A DNA stretch of 64,000 bases from a virus. Positions 47,670 through 58,367 of this stretch are shown piece after piece; position 1 is the stretch's first letter; every line of letters starts with the position of its first letter. The notes beneath the pieces were generated by a model. The model was not told the DNA's origin, ran no database searches, and was given only the letters and a program-made list of their open reading frames with translations. The stretch spans positions 120,281 to 184,280 of the IMG/VR virus record IMGVR_UViG_3300044960_000113; one strand, given 5' to 3'. A program made the position numbers and the translations under genes.

Positions 47670-48928
47670 TTATCATTCCTAAAACATTTAAAAACTGGAA
47701 ACCTTAAACTATACTCGTTATTTGATTGACTAATTTCTTGAGCCTCAACTTCAACCATTTTTCCTAAATATGATTTTTGATTATTCCAAATTTCATCTCT
47801 TAATTCATCTGAAAAACCTGAACCAACAGAAGATTTAAATTTACGACCATTCTCATCTTCACCTTCAATTTCAATACCACCAAGAGTATTTTCATATTTT
47901 GAGTTTAATTTACCTGGATAAAATCCTGTAATTATTCCATCATATGTATAAACAGGTTTATATTTTAACCAAAGTTTAGAACGTTTCCATTCATATTTAC
48001 CATTTAGATCTTTAATAATGAGACCCTCTCCACCATTATTTACAACATTTTCATAAAAATTATTTAAATCTTTTGGTGTATCACATATTAACCATTCTGA
48101 CTTTTTAACCTTTTCAAGTTTGAGTTGATTAATTAAATTTTCTAATTCTTTTGAACGATTTATTTGTGTTTTATTACTAATTTCAGATTTCCACTCTTTT
48201 AATGTCATAATATCAAAAGCGAAAAATTTAAGTTTCTCTTTAGCTAAAATGTTATCTTCTGATTTTGCATTCATTGTTTCAATATATGAATCACCCATTA
48301 CTTCACCATCAACAACAATATCTTCGTTAAGATGATTTCTCATTTTAATTAATTCATTATCAAATAAACCTTCCCATTGAAAAGAAATTTTTCCGGATCT
48401 ACCATAATATGTAACATTATTTTTTTCAATAATTGCTATAGTACGTTGTCCATCATATTTTACTTCGGCAATACATGGATAGAAAATTTCTGTATCATCT
48501 TCTTTTTTCTGTGCAAGCATAACATCAAATGTTGGAATTAAATTTGGATAGATTTTATTTAATGTTGTTTCTGAAAAGCCAGCTTTAAGATCTTTATTTA
48601 GTACACGTTTTAAAATTTTTGCAGTTTCTTCAGTATAATTAGAAAGTATTCTTGTGACCATGTCACGTGCTGCATTTCCTGTAAGTTGACGTGAATGCAA
48701 CATATCTAAAAGTTCAAAAAACATCTCTGGTGAAGCATCAGACGTATCATAAACTTTTGGTTCTTTATATTTTTTTACTCCAAAAACACGATATGGTGAA
48801 AGAGCTTCAACCATTAATCGTTTACCTACATCACTCAAATTTGATAACGCTTTAAACTTTCCTTCTTTAGTAGAATATTTTTCGGCATTAATAATAGCAT
48901 CAACAAATGATTTCATAATTATCTCCAT
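47666..48928 (-). CDS. lig: ATP-dependent DNA ligase
   Basis: EVKYDGQR, VDGE, EGLIIK, WLKYK, RFPVF. Confidence 0.95.
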   Translation of the reverse strand: MEIIMKSFVDAIINAEKYSTKEGKFKALSNLSDVGKRLMVEALSPYRVFGVKKYKEPKVYDTSDASPEMFFELLDMLHSRQLTGNAARDMVTRILSNYTEETAKILKRVLNKDLKAGFSETTLNKIYPNLIPTFDVMLAQKKEDDTEIFYPCIAEVKYDGQRTIAIIEKNNVTYYGRSGKISFQWEGLFDNELIKMRNHLNEDIVVDGEVMGDSYIETMNAKSEDNILAKEKLKFFAFDIMTLKEWKSEISNKTQINRSKELENLINQLKLEKVKKSEWLICDTPKDLNNFYENVVNNGGEGLIIKDLNGKYEWKRSKLWLKYKPVYTYDGIITGFYPGKLNSKYENTLGGIEIEGEDENGRKFKSSVGSGFSDELRDEIWNNQKSYLGKMVEVEAQEISQSNNEYSLRFPVFKCFRNDK

Positions 48929-49284
48929 ATTCTATGTTGTTCATAAACATGTTCTTCACCAGTTTCACTGCAATAAATTCCCCATTTAACATCATCAGGA
49001 ATTTCTACTATTTTAAGAGAGGCAAAATTACCAGAAGAACGTTTAATGCCTAGTTTTTCAACTAATTTAATTAAAGTAGGATCATCTCTAGGAACTTCAT
49101 TTATAACATAATAATTATAACAATGTTCTGGATTATTTTTATCCATAAAAAATATTTCTTTTTCACCAAATATAGTTTCTAAATGTTCATCATATTCTAT
49201 ATTTTTTACATCTAAATATGCTTTAATTAATTCAGAAGATAGTGAATATCCACCAATAGCAGTATTAATTAATATTTTTTGCAT
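48919..49284 (-). CDS. hypothetical phage protein
   Basis: RDDPTLIKLVE...LKIVEIPDD. Confidence 0.65.
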   Translation of the reverse strand: MQKILINTAIGGYSLSSELIKAYLDVKNIEYDEHLETIFGEKEIFFMDKNNPEHCYNYYVINEVPRDDPTLIKLVEKLGIKRSSGNFASLKIVEIPDDVKWGIYCSETGEEHVYEQHRIWR

Positions 49285-49384
49285 AAAAATCTTAAAAACT
49301 TAGATAGTTTATTATAACATATTAATTGTATAAAATAAATATAAAAGATCTATATATTTATATTTAAAAGGATAAACATAAATA

Positions 49385-49813
49385 ATGACAAAGAAAAAAA
49401 TACCACCATTACAATTTGAAATAGTTCAAGATCGATCTAATTTAATCTATTTAAGTGTTATAGAATATAAATTAGAAAATTATTTAACAATTATTGATAA
49501 TATTTCAGATAATGAAATTACAGCATTTGTTTTAGATTATGCTGAACAAGAAGGAATAAATATTAAAGAATTCTTAAGTATTGCAAACTTATGGTATTAT
49601 AAAAATTCTAATAAACATCCATTTTCAGTAGAAATTGCTAAACATGATTTAACTCATAAAATAGGTAAAATTATTAAAACATTTGATATAAGTTTTGTTT
49701 CACGTGTTATTGGTTGTCCATTCTTTTTTAATATGGCAACAAAAAAAATAAAACGAAGAAGAGTTATTCCTATTCCTGAATGTGTAGAAATTAAACTTAA
49801 GAAGACTGCTTAG
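49385..49813 (+). CDS. hypothetical phage protein
   Basis: ORF track. Confidence 0.7.
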   Translation: MTKKKIPPLQFEIVQDRSNLIYLSVIEYKLENYLTIIDNISDNEITAFVLDYAEQEGINIKEFLSIANLWYYKNSNKHPFSVEIAKHDLTHKIGKIIKTFDISFVSRVIGCPFFFNMATKKIKRRRVIPIPECVEIKLKKTA

Positions 49814-50003
49814 AAGATTTACTTGTTGTGGCAAAATCAGTTTTATACCATCCTGAACCATTTAACCTAAATGAAGATTTACTAATTAATTTAACCATTT
49901 TTTCATTACATTTAGGACATTTTTTGTCAAGTTGATCAGTATATTTCTGAATTACTTCTTCAAGAAAATTACATTTTTGACATTGATAATCAAAAATTGG
50001 CAT
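49797..50003 (-). CDS. FmdB-family zinc-ribbon protein
   Basis: MPIFDYQCQKC...CPKC...GSGWYKTD. Confidence 0.88.
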   Translation of the reverse strand: MPIFDYQCQKCNFLEEVIQKYTDQLDKKCPKCNEKMVKLISKSSFRLNGSGWYKTDFATTSKSSKQSS

Positions 50004-50185
50004 ATTATTTTTCCTTTAAAATAAAAAATTATTTAAAAATATTTATATAGATTTATCAATTATAATATCTTCAACCTTAATATTAAATAAAGACATAATT
50101 AAAGTTCCTTGTTATAGGTAGAAACTATTCCAATTTTACACATGTTGAATATAAATAAAAATGTATGGAAGAATAATATCCATAT

Positions 50186-50285
50186 TTTTTATTGTTTGTT
50201 TGTTTATTGTTTGTTTATTGTTTGTTTGTTTATTGTTTGTTTATTGTTTGTTTATTGTTTGTTTGTTTATCGTTTGTTTGTTTAT
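50186..50285 (+). repeat. low-complexity TTTG/TTTATTG array directly 5' of the gp32 RBS
   Basis: About 100 nt of mixed GTTT and GTTTATT units ending at TAAGGAG. Confidence 0.9.
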
Positions 50286-50298
50286 AAGGAGATTTTAT

Positions 50299-51156
50299 AT
50301 GTCATTAACTTTAGACCAACTCAGAAATGCATTTAATTCAAAAACATCAAGCGGAGAAAATTCAGACTGGAAAAAATTCTTTCCATTTTGGAAAATGGAT
50401 AACGAAACACAAGTTGTTGTTAGATTTTTACCAGATTTAGATGAAGATAATCCACTTGGCTTTTTGGTAGAAAATTTAACACACGAATTAATTATTAATG
50501 GTGAAAAAAAGAAAGTCCCATGTCTTACTATGTATGGTGAAAGTTGTCCAATTTGTGAATTATCAAGACGTTATTATGATGAAGGAAATGATGAAATGGG
50601 TAAAAAATATTATAAGAAAAAATCATATATTGGTCAAGTTTTAGTAATTGAATGTCCATTTGAATATGATCATGAACCATTAGTTAAGCTTATTGAAATT
50701 GGCCCAAAAATTTTCAAACAAATTCAATCAGCATTTTCATCTGGAGATTTAGAAAGTATTCCTTACAATCTAAAAGATGGTTATAACTTTAGAATAAAGA
50801 AAACACAATCTGGTAAATGGGCAGATTATGGAACATCAAGCTTTGCACCAAAAAGATCTGATATTTCTGATGATGTTATTGATTCTATTGAATTATATAA
50901 TCTTTCAGATTATAGAACAAAATATGTTGATAGGCCAACATTGGAAGCAATGTTATTAGCAGATCAAACAGGTTCAAATTTTGAAGAAGAAACGTCTGAT
51001 GATACTAAAAATAATAATACAACACAAAATACTTTAAACAATGAAAATGAAAAAAATGAAGGTGATGATACCACAACTTCTAAACCTGTTATTAGTAGTA
51101 AAGCTCAAGCCGTATTAGAGCGTTTACGTAATAAAAATTTAGCCAAAAATAACTAA
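50299..51156 (+). CDS. T4 gp32-like single-stranded DNA-binding protein
   Basis: VRFLPD; C...CPIC Zn site; acidic tail; start reassigned to the ATG after AAGGAG. Confidence 0.88.
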   Translation: MSLTLDQLRNAFNSKTSSGENSDWKKFFPFWKMDNETQVVVRFLPDLDEDNPLGFLVENLTHELIINGEKKKVPCLTMYGESCPICELSRRYYDEGNDEMGKKYYKKKSYIGQVLVIECPFEYDHEPLVKLIEIGPKIFKQIQSAFSSGDLESIPYNLKDGYNFRIKKTQSGKWADYGTSSFAPKRSDISDDVIDSIELYNLSDYRTKYVDRPTLEAMLLADQTGSNFEEETSDDTKNNNTTQNTLNNENEKNEGDDTTTSKPVISSKAQAVLERLRNKNLAKNN

Positions 51157-51187
51157 TAAATAAAATTCACTATTTTTATTATTAATA

Positions 51188-51949
51188 ATGGGTATTTTAT
51201 CTGGTAAAAGGGGATTGGTTGTCGGTGTCTCTAATAAATGGAGCATCGGCAACCATATTGCTAAAACATGTTTAAATGAAGGTGCTGATGTTATCGTTAC
51301 ATGGCATTCTGATCGTAATAAAGACTATGTTTCTAAAACATTTGATAAATGTTTCAATTTAGATTTAACATCTAAGGAATCATTAATTAAAATTACTGAA
51401 AATTTGTGTTATAATAAATTAGATTTTATTGTTCATTCTGTTGCTAAAGCACCTAGAGAATGTTTTGAACAACCATTTTATGATATTACTATTGAGCAAT
51501 GGAATTCAACTATGTTATCTTCAGTATGGAGTTTTGTTGCCTTGGTTAAAGAAGTATTACCATTATTAAATGATAACGCTTCAATAGTTACAATGTCATA
51601 TTTGGGTGGAAGAAGAATAAGGCCAGGATATAATGTGATGGGTGTAGCAAAAGCAGCATTAGATGCTTCAGTTAGAGAATTAGCATATGAATTGGGTGGA
51701 ATTAAAAAAATACGTGTAAATGGTGTGGCTGCTGGTCCAATAAAAACAGTATCTAGTGCAAAAATAAAAGTTAATAAATCTATTAATGATGTTATAAATG
51801 CGTCACCATTAAAAAGACCAACAACATATGATGATATATCAAATGCAACGGTTTTTTTGTTAAGTGATTTATCATCAGGCATTACGGGTTCTATATTAGA
51901 TGTTGATTCTGGGTATAATATTATGCAATCAACAATAATTAAGGAGTGA
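51188..51949 (+). CDS. fabI: enoyl-ACP reductase
   Basis: GKRGLVVGV-SN-SIG; YNVMGVAKAAL; RVNGVAAGPIKT. Confidence 0.92.
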   Translation: MGILSGKRGLVVGVSNKWSIGNHIAKTCLNEGADVIVTWHSDRNKDYVSKTFDKCFNLDLTSKESLIKITENLCYNKLDFIVHSVAKAPRECFEQPFYDITIEQWNSTMLSSVWSFVALVKEVLPLLNDNASIVTMSYLGGRRIRPGYNVMGVAKAALDASVRELAYELGGIKKIRVNGVAAGPIKTVSSAKIKVNKSINDVINASPLKRPTTYDDISNATVFLLSDLSSGITGSILDVDSGYNIMQSTIIKE

Positions 51950-51955
51950 AATATA

Positions 51956-53056
51956 ATGATAAACGTAGATTTTATAAAAACTATCAATAAACAGTTAGAA
52001 AAAATAGAAACTGTTTATATGGATTTTGGACCACCTAAAAAATGGTATTCGACAGGAAATTATGCCTTAAATAAAGTAATGTCTGGTAGTTTTTTACGTG
52101 GTATACCTGAATCACGTATAACATGTCTTGCCGGACCGTCAGGTTCTGGTAAATCATTTTTGGGGTGTAATATTCTTAAGCACGCACAAGATACGGGTGC
52201 CTTCATAGTCATATTAGACTCTGAAAATGCATTAGATAAAAATTTTATGGAAGCTGTTGGTATTGATACATCACCATCAAAATTGTTATATATTGGTGTC
52301 ACATTATTTAGTGATGTTGTTAAAGTTCTTTCTGAATTTTTGACAACATATGAAAAACAATATGGTAAAAATAATCCTGATTCCCCACCTGTTGTTATGT
52401 TTTTAGATTCATTAGATATGCTTTTAACAGATAATGAAAATGAGAATTTCATTTCTGGTGTTCAAAAAGGAGATCAAGGACAACGTGCAAAGCAAGCAAA
52501 ACATATGCTTAAAACAGTAGTATCAAGAATAAAACGTCTTCCAATATCTTTTATAGTAACACATCAAGTTTATCCTAATACTGATCTATTAAATGGTGAA
52601 GGTATGTGGATAATTAATAATGCTATTAGATATTCAGCATCTCAGATTATGTTGATTACAAAACTTAAACTTAAAGAAGGAACAGATATTATAGGAATTC
52701 GTATGAGAGTTGAATGTTATAAATCACGTTTTGCAAAACTTGGTTCTAAAATAGAAATAGAAGTTCCATATGATCGTGGTATGGATCCATATTCTGGATT
52801 TTTAGATATGATGGAAGAAAATAAAATTATCACAAAAGGTGGGGCTTGGTATTCATATACCAAAAAAGATGGAGAAACAATAAAATTTCAGGCAAAAAAT
52901 TTAACAGAAGAATTAGTTAATGAAATGCTCCAAGATCCACGTATTCAGGAAGAAGAAAAGACAGTAGAAAAACTTATGTTAGAATTATCTAATGATGTTG
53001 AAGATAATGAAGATGAGCAAGAAAGTAAATCACGTCGTAATAGACAATCACAGTAA
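51956..53056 (+). CDS. uvsX: RecA/UvsX recombinase
   Basis: GPSGSGKS; DSENA; LDSL. Confidence 0.92.
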   Translation: MINVDFIKTINKQLEKIETVYMDFGPPKKWYSTGNYALNKVMSGSFLRGIPESRITCLAGPSGSGKSFLGCNILKHAQDTGAFIVILDSENALDKNFMEAVGIDTSPSKLLYIGVTLFSDVVKVLSEFLTTYEKQYGKNNPDSPPVVMFLDSLDMLLTDNENENFISGVQKGDQGQRAKQAKHMLKTVVSRIKRLPISFIVTHQVYPNTDLLNGEGMWIINNAIRYSASQIMLITKLKLKEGTDIIGIRMRVECYKSRFAKLGSKIEIEVPYDRGMDPYSGFLDMMEENKIITKGGAWYSYTKKDGETIKFQAKNLTEELVNEMLQDPRIQEEEKTVEKLMLELSNDVEDNEDEQESKSRRNRQSQ

Positions 53057-53261
53057 AAAGGAGAAAAATATTATGGATTTGAGAGATATGAATATTAATG
53101 TAAATATTGAAATTGTAGAAGGTGGTTTTATTATTACATCACCATATATGCAAGAAGATGGAGTTCTAAAATATAGACGATCTGTTGTAAATTCACCACG
53201 TAAAGCAATCAAATTTGTTTCAGAATTACTCAATGAATTTAAATTAACTATAGAAGAATAA

Positions 53262-53720
53262 ATGACAATAATTTCTGAAGCATCTACTGATTTAACAAAT
53301 GTTTTAAATTATCTTGAAAAATATGAGAAGGCATTAAGTGAGGCGCCTTCTCTATTTGAATTAGAAGGTAAAAAATTAGAACATATTAATAGGACTTTGC
53401 CTGGATATTTAGCTAGATATGATGAAATGTATAATGAACTTAAAGTTTTAGAAGAATTTTTAGAAAAGAAAAAAGAAATTATTATGTCTCCATTATGGAA
53501 AAAATATAATGAAAAATATTCTAGACAATTGTCACAACGTGATATTCAAGCTTATATCGCAGGTGAACCAGAAATTGTGTCAATAACAGAGCTTATATTA
53601 GAAGTAAAATTATTAAAAGAACAATTTTCTAGTGTTGTAAAAGCATTAGAACAAATGGGTTGGAGTTTAAAAAATATTGTTGAATTACGTATACATGAAC
53701 TCCAAGATACAATATTATAA
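53262..53720 (+). CDS. uvsY: UvsY-like recombination mediator
   Basis: Helical protein between uvsX and uvsW. Confidence 0.7.
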   Translation: MTIISEASTDLTNVLNYLEKYEKALSEAPSLFELEGKKLEHINRTLPGYLARYDEMYNELKVLEEFLEKKKEIIMSPLWKKYNEKYSRQLSQRDIQAYIAGEPEIVSITELILEVKLLKEQFSSVVKALEQMGWSLKNIVELRIHELQDTIL

Positions 53721-53858
53721 AAAAAATAGAATAGTAACTAAATGAAATTAAAATCAAAGGTAGAAATCCACACAAATTTTGTATGGTGGATAATTAGAAT
53801 TTTAGAAGTTATTACATGTTTTCATATTATTGCTGGTGTTTGGCGGCATTGGTAGAAA

Positions 53859-55268
53859 ATGACAACAAAAAAATGTTACATACGCGTCAAAGACGAAGTA
53901 TATTGTACATTATCTGGGCTTCAGCCTAGTGATATTGAATTTTTGTGGGAAAAATATGGTATTTTTGTTGAAGGTTATTTTCATATGCCGCAATATAAAT
54001 TAGGAAGATGGGATGGTAAAATTCGTTTTTTTGAAAAAACAGGTAAAACATATATTCGTTTATTAGATGAAATATTACCATTTTTAGAAAAATGGGGATA
54101 TGAAATAGAATTAAAAGATGAACGAATCCCAATAAAAACATTTCCAGAATTTATTAAACATGATAATTTTATTAAATATGGAATAGAACTTCGTCCATAT
54201 CAAGTAGAATCAATTAATGTTGCATTATCTGAAAGTAATGGATTTATTATTGTTGGAACTGGTGGAGGTAAATCTTTAATATGCGCAGGTATATGCGATG
54301 CATATGGAAAAGTTGGATATAAAACAATTACTATTGTACCATCATCTGATTTAGTTTCTCAAACTGCTGATTGGTATAAATTATGTGGTATGGATGTTGG
54401 TGAATATAGTGGTGTTAATAAAGAGCTTAATAAACAACATGTTGTTGGAACATGGCAAGCTATTCAAAATAATCCACATTTAATGAAACAATTTCAAGTA
54501 TTTATTTGGGATGAAGCACAAGGAGTAAAAGCTTCAGTAGCACAAAAGCTTATTTGTGATTACGGCAAACATATACCATTTAGATTTGGGTGTACAGGAA
54601 CATTCCCAAAGCCAAAAGCAGATGTAATTTCTCTTAAAGTTGCTATAGGTTCAATCATAAAAGAAATACCAGCTAGATGGTTAATAGATAATGGTTATTT
54701 AGCTGAAATTGAAATTGAATGTATTAGAACAAAAGATACTGTATTTACAGATGGAGATTTTCCAGATTATAAATCTGAACGTTCCTATATTTGTAGATCA
54801 CCTAAAAGAATGGACTATATCGCAGATCTCATTATTTCAAAATGTGAACAATATGGTAATACTTTAGTTTTAGTCAATTCAATAAAATTTGGAGAACAAC
54901 TTCAAAAAATGATTAAAGATACAGTATTTTTATATGGAATAAGCGAAAAATCAGAACGTAAATTACATTATGATGCGTTTGAAGAGAAAGATAATGTTAT
55001 AGTTATCGCTTCATCAGGGATTGCATCAACTGGTATATCCATAGATAGAGTATTTTGTTTAATTATGATAGATGCTGGTAAATCTTTTATTAAAGCTATT
55101 CAAGCTTGTGGAAGAGGTTTACGAAAGGCTAAAGATAAAAATAAAGTTCATGTTGTCGATATAGGTGCAGATTTAAGGTGGTCAAGAAAACATATGAATG
55201 AAAGAATTAAATACTATAAAGAAGCTAATTATAATTGTAGTAAACCAATTACAGTAAAAATTAAATAA
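53859..55268 (+). CDS. uvsW: UvsW-like SF2 helicase
   Basis: LRPYQ, TGGGKS, DEAQ, TGT, QACGRGLR. Confidence 0.92.
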   Translation: MTTKKCYIRVKDEVYCTLSGLQPSDIEFLWEKYGIFVEGYFHMPQYKLGRWDGKIRFFEKTGKTYIRLLDEILPFLEKWGYEIELKDERIPIKTFPEFIKHDNFIKYGIELRPYQVESINVALSESNGFIIVGTGGGKSLICAGICDAYGKVGYKTITIVPSSDLVSQTADWYKLCGMDVGEYSGVNKELNKQHVVGTWQAIQNNPHLMKQFQVFIWDEAQGVKASVAQKLICDYGKHIPFRFGCTGTFPKPKADVISLKVAIGSIIKEIPARWLIDNGYLAEIEIECIRTKDTVFTDGDFPDYKSERSYICRSPKRMDYIADLIISKCEQYGNTLVLVNSIKFGEQLQKMIKDTVFLYGISEKSERKLHYDAFEEKDNVIVIASSGIASTGISIDRVFCLIMIDAGKSFIKAIQACGRGLRKAKDKNKVHVVDIGADLRWSRKHMNERIKYYKEANYNCSKPITVKIK

Positions 55269-55443
55269 GGAGATCATATTTATAAACTTAAAAAATAAAA
55301 CCAAAATGAAAATCAATTTTTACTGGATTTTTACACTATGATGAATTATAAAAATGAAACTGTTTAAAAGCAAAAATAAATAAAATTATATACTAAATAA
55401 TATTATTATAGATATTCTAATGCCACAAAAGGAAAATTAAATC

Positions 55444-55953
55444 ATGCTAATATATACAGATTTCAATAAACCATATTTAATAGAAAGTTTAACTAGTCCT
55501 GTTGTTCCTAAATATTATTGGATATTTTCTGGACATATGTTGGATTTTACATTATCTCCTATTCAATATTTAGAAGAAACAACAGGACCATCTATTACTG
55601 TTGAAATAAATAAATTAAAATTTGATGTTCCTGCACATTGGAATATTCTCATTACAGATAATGATACTTGGCAATTAGATACTGTTCCTATTTCATCTTG
55701 TGCGAATAAAAAAACGTTGGCATATATTATGTCACCGAATGATTTTACATTAAGAACTGCAGAAATAAAAATAGTTGATTATTGTGATCATAAATCACTA
55801 GTTCATCCTTTATTAAATAAAGGTACTGGTTTATGTCATCCTGTCGGTTCAATAAACACAAATGAAAAAGAAATAGATATAATGGTAATATTAACGCCAT
55901 ATGATCTTTATAAATTTATTGGTAATAAAGCTGTTGGTGATATAATTCCTTAA
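55444..55953 (+). CDS. hypothetical phage protein
   Basis: ORF track. Confidence 0.7.
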   Translation: MLIYTDFNKPYLIESLTSPVVPKYYWIFSGHMLDFTLSPIQYLEETTGPSITVEINKLKFDVPAHWNILITDNDTWQLDTVPISSCANKKTLAYIMSPNDFTLRTAEIKIVDYCDHKSLVHPLLNKGTGLCHPVGSINTNEKEIDIMVILTPYDLYKFIGNKAVGDIIP

Positions 55954-56519
55954 TATGCTAAAGCATATTGTCGCACATTAGTAATTCTTTTTAACCAACC
56001 ATTTAAAAATATTTTTTGTGATGGATTTTTTTCAGCTAAACGTTTATAAAATGCTTCTCTTTGATCGGCTATACTATTGATGACATCTATTTGATTTGCT
56101 TGTGACAAACTATTTAATGTTATAATACCAACTATACCATCATCCTCAACACCTAATGCCCTTTGAAGAAATTTCGCAGCTTGTTTAATTCCATGATTAA
56201 CACAACCATCAAAATGAATTAATGCTACTTTTCTTGGCATTTCATTACAATTTGCTGCTAGCCAGTAATGATTAAAATAATGAACCATAGCATCTTCTAA
56301 TGTCATATCAATAACACGTACTTTTGTACTATTTTGTGCTATACCAAATTTTGTTTCTCCACCTCTATCATATCGATTATTGACATAACCAACTTTTATT
56401 TTTTGTTCTTTTGTATTAACATTTCCTTTAATTACATCTGGATCTGATGGATCCCAAAATGGGCCAACTTCATATAACATAACATGATTAAATGCATCTA
56501 TGAATTCTTGTGGAAACAT
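55950..56519 (-). CDS. glycoside hydrolase family 108 lysozyme (endolysin)
   Basis: DRGGETKFGI; LQRALGV...DG; GWLKR. Confidence 0.9.
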   Translation of the reverse strand: MFPQEFIDAFNHVMLYEVGPFWDPSDPDVIKGNVNTKEQKIKVGYVNNRYDRGGETKFGIAQNSTKVRVIDMTLEDAMVHYFNHYWLAANCNEMPRKVALIHFDGCVNHGIKQAAKFLQRALGVEDDGIVGIITLNSLSQANQIDVINSIADQREAFYKRLAEKNPSQKIFLNGWLKRITNVRQYALAY

Positions 56520-56608
56520 TTTAAGAATCTCCTACATATTAATTTTTATATATTTATTAAATAATATTAAACTATACTATAAATAATATTTATCTATTAT
56601 TAAATCAT

Positions 56609-57103
56609 ATGGTAAATAAAATGTTAGAAAAATTATCAGCTTGGGTTTCATTAATGGGTTCTGATGAATTTTTTGGAATCATTTTAATGTTTATATTTTT
56701 GTTTTTTATTATAGCTTTTTGGCGTGCACAAAAAGAAGAAAAATTAGATTGGACAGATATAATAAAAGCAAAAGGTACAAATAGTGTCTCATTAACAAAA
56801 CTTCTTAATTTCATAGGAGGCATTGTTGGTACATGGATAGTTATTAAACTTACATTAACAGGAAAAATAACTTGGGAAATTTTTGGATTATATTTATTAT
56901 ATGTTGGTTCTATAGAAGCATATTCAAAATATACTGCTGGAAGATTTAATAATAATATAAATCAAAATTATAATTCTAAATATTATTATGATGATAATGA
57001 TTTTAATGAAATATCATTAAATGGAGGTAAAAAGGCTATTTTAGAAGAAGATGATTATGATCTTAAATATCTTAAAAATTTTTCTAGAAAAAAAATTAGA
57101 TAA
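56609..57103 (+). CDS. membrane protein, possible holin
   Basis: Three hydrophobic segments next to the endolysin. Confidence 0.5.
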   Translation: MVNKMLEKLSAWVSLMGSDEFFGIILMFIFLFFIIAFWRAQKEEKLDWTDIIKAKGTNSVSLTKLLNFIGGIVGTWIVIKLTLTGKITWEIFGLYLLYVGSIEAYSKYTAGRFNNNINQNYNSKYYYDDNDFNEISLNGGKKAILEEDDYDLKYLKNFSRKKIR

Positions 57104-57184
57104 TTATCCTATAAAATTATTTACATTTTAAAATTAACGGTTTATAATAAAATATGTGTTTAATATATATGAAAAATTAATACA

Positions 57185-57634
57185 ATGGCTCATCGCGCAG
57201 GATTAATACCTTATTGGATAGATACAAATAACAAAATTTATATGTTATTTATGAAACCATCAAATCCAGATTTTGGTGGACCAGATTTTCAAATTTCAAA
57301 AGGAAAAATAGAATCCGGATATTCAGAATTAGAAACAGCTATTAAAGAAGCAAAAGAAGAATTAGGATTACGTATTGATAATATCAAAAGTCAACCAATA
57401 TTTGTAGGAAATTTTATGAAAGGTATTTGTATCTATGCTGTAGAAGTTTATTCTAAAGATGATTTTGATGAACCAGAATATGAAACTTCTGAAACTAAAT
57501 GGATGACTTTAGATGAATTTAAACAATACGGAAGAAAATTACATCTGTATGCTGTTTATAATGTACACAGAAAAATATCATCCATTATAAATAAAAATAT
57601 AATTAAAAACCGAGGAGAAAATCAATATGTTTAA
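57185..57634 (+). CDS. NUDIX hydrolase
   Basis: KGKIESGYSELETAIKEAKEELG. Confidence 0.88.
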   Translation: MAHRAGLIPYWIDTNNKIYMLFMKPSNPDFGGPDFQISKGKIESGYSELETAIKEAKEELGLRIDNIKSQPIFVGNFMKGICIYAVEVYSKDDFDEPEYETSETKWMTLDEFKQYGRKLHLYAVYNVHRKISSIINKNIIKNRGENQYV

Positions 57635-57899
57635 TTTTATTTTAGGTATTATTATTGGGGCAGCATTTGCGCCATTTTGGATTAAATTGTGGAATTTTGC
57701 CGTTGAAAAAATTAAAACTAAATTATTAAAAAAATAATTTTTAAAAAAATTAAAATATCTTCTTTTTAAATTAATTCTCACTTCTAATTTAAAATTGTAT
57801 TCATTTTAATTTATTTTTATGTTATTTTTTATTTTTATTAAAAATATATAATATGAGAATAACATATTAAGTATGCTTATTTTTCTATAAACAATAAAC

Positions 57900-58367
57900 A
57901 TGGATAATCAAACAACACGTAAAATTGAAAAACAAAAACGAATGGATAGGCTATACATGGATATAGCAATTAGAGTTTCTAAAGAATCTTTTGCAACTCG
58001 TTCAAAAGTTGGTGCCGTAATTGTTAAAAATGATAATATTTGTTCATTTGGTTGGAATGGTGTACCTTCAGGAATTCCTAACGAATTTATAGAATATAAA
58101 GATGAAAATGGAAATATAATTACGAATCCAATGACATTACATGCTGAAAGTAATGCATTAATGAAATTATTAAAGTATGGATTTATGAACACGCTTGATT
58201 CTACACTTTACATCACTTTGTCACCATGTTATGAATGTTCTAAAATGATTTATCAATCTGGTATTAAAAGAGTTGTATATTTAGAAGAATATAGAATTAA
58301 AGATGGATTAAATTTTTTAAAAGATATGGGCGTAATAATAGAAAAAATAAATTATAATGAGAACTAA
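57900..58367 (+). CDS. dCMP deaminase
   Basis: HAESNAL; SPCYECSK. Confidence 0.92.
   Translation: MDNQTTRKIEKQKRMDRLYMDIAIRVSKESFATRSKVGAVIVKNDNICSFGWNGVPSGIPNEFIEYKDENGNIITNPMTLHAESNALMKLLKYGFMNTLDSTLYITLSPCYECSKMIYQSGIKRVVYLEEYRIKDGLNFLKDMGVIIEKINYNEN

Noticed and set aside
50186-50285. Possible CRISPR array (also the 66-bp repeats at 18818-19100 and 63400-64000)
   Set aside because: There are no unique spacers; these are simple-sequence or in-frame coding repeats, and no cas genes are present.
50161-50298. 46-aa hydrophobic N-terminal extension of the SSB ORF
   Set aside because: It is the translated TTTG repeat; a strong AAGGAG RBS precedes the ATG at 50299.
51478-52452. Long antisense ORFs opposite fabI and uvsX (also 7669-8049, 62486-62848, 63621-63917)
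   Set aside because: They are shadows of well-supported genes on the other strand or frame.
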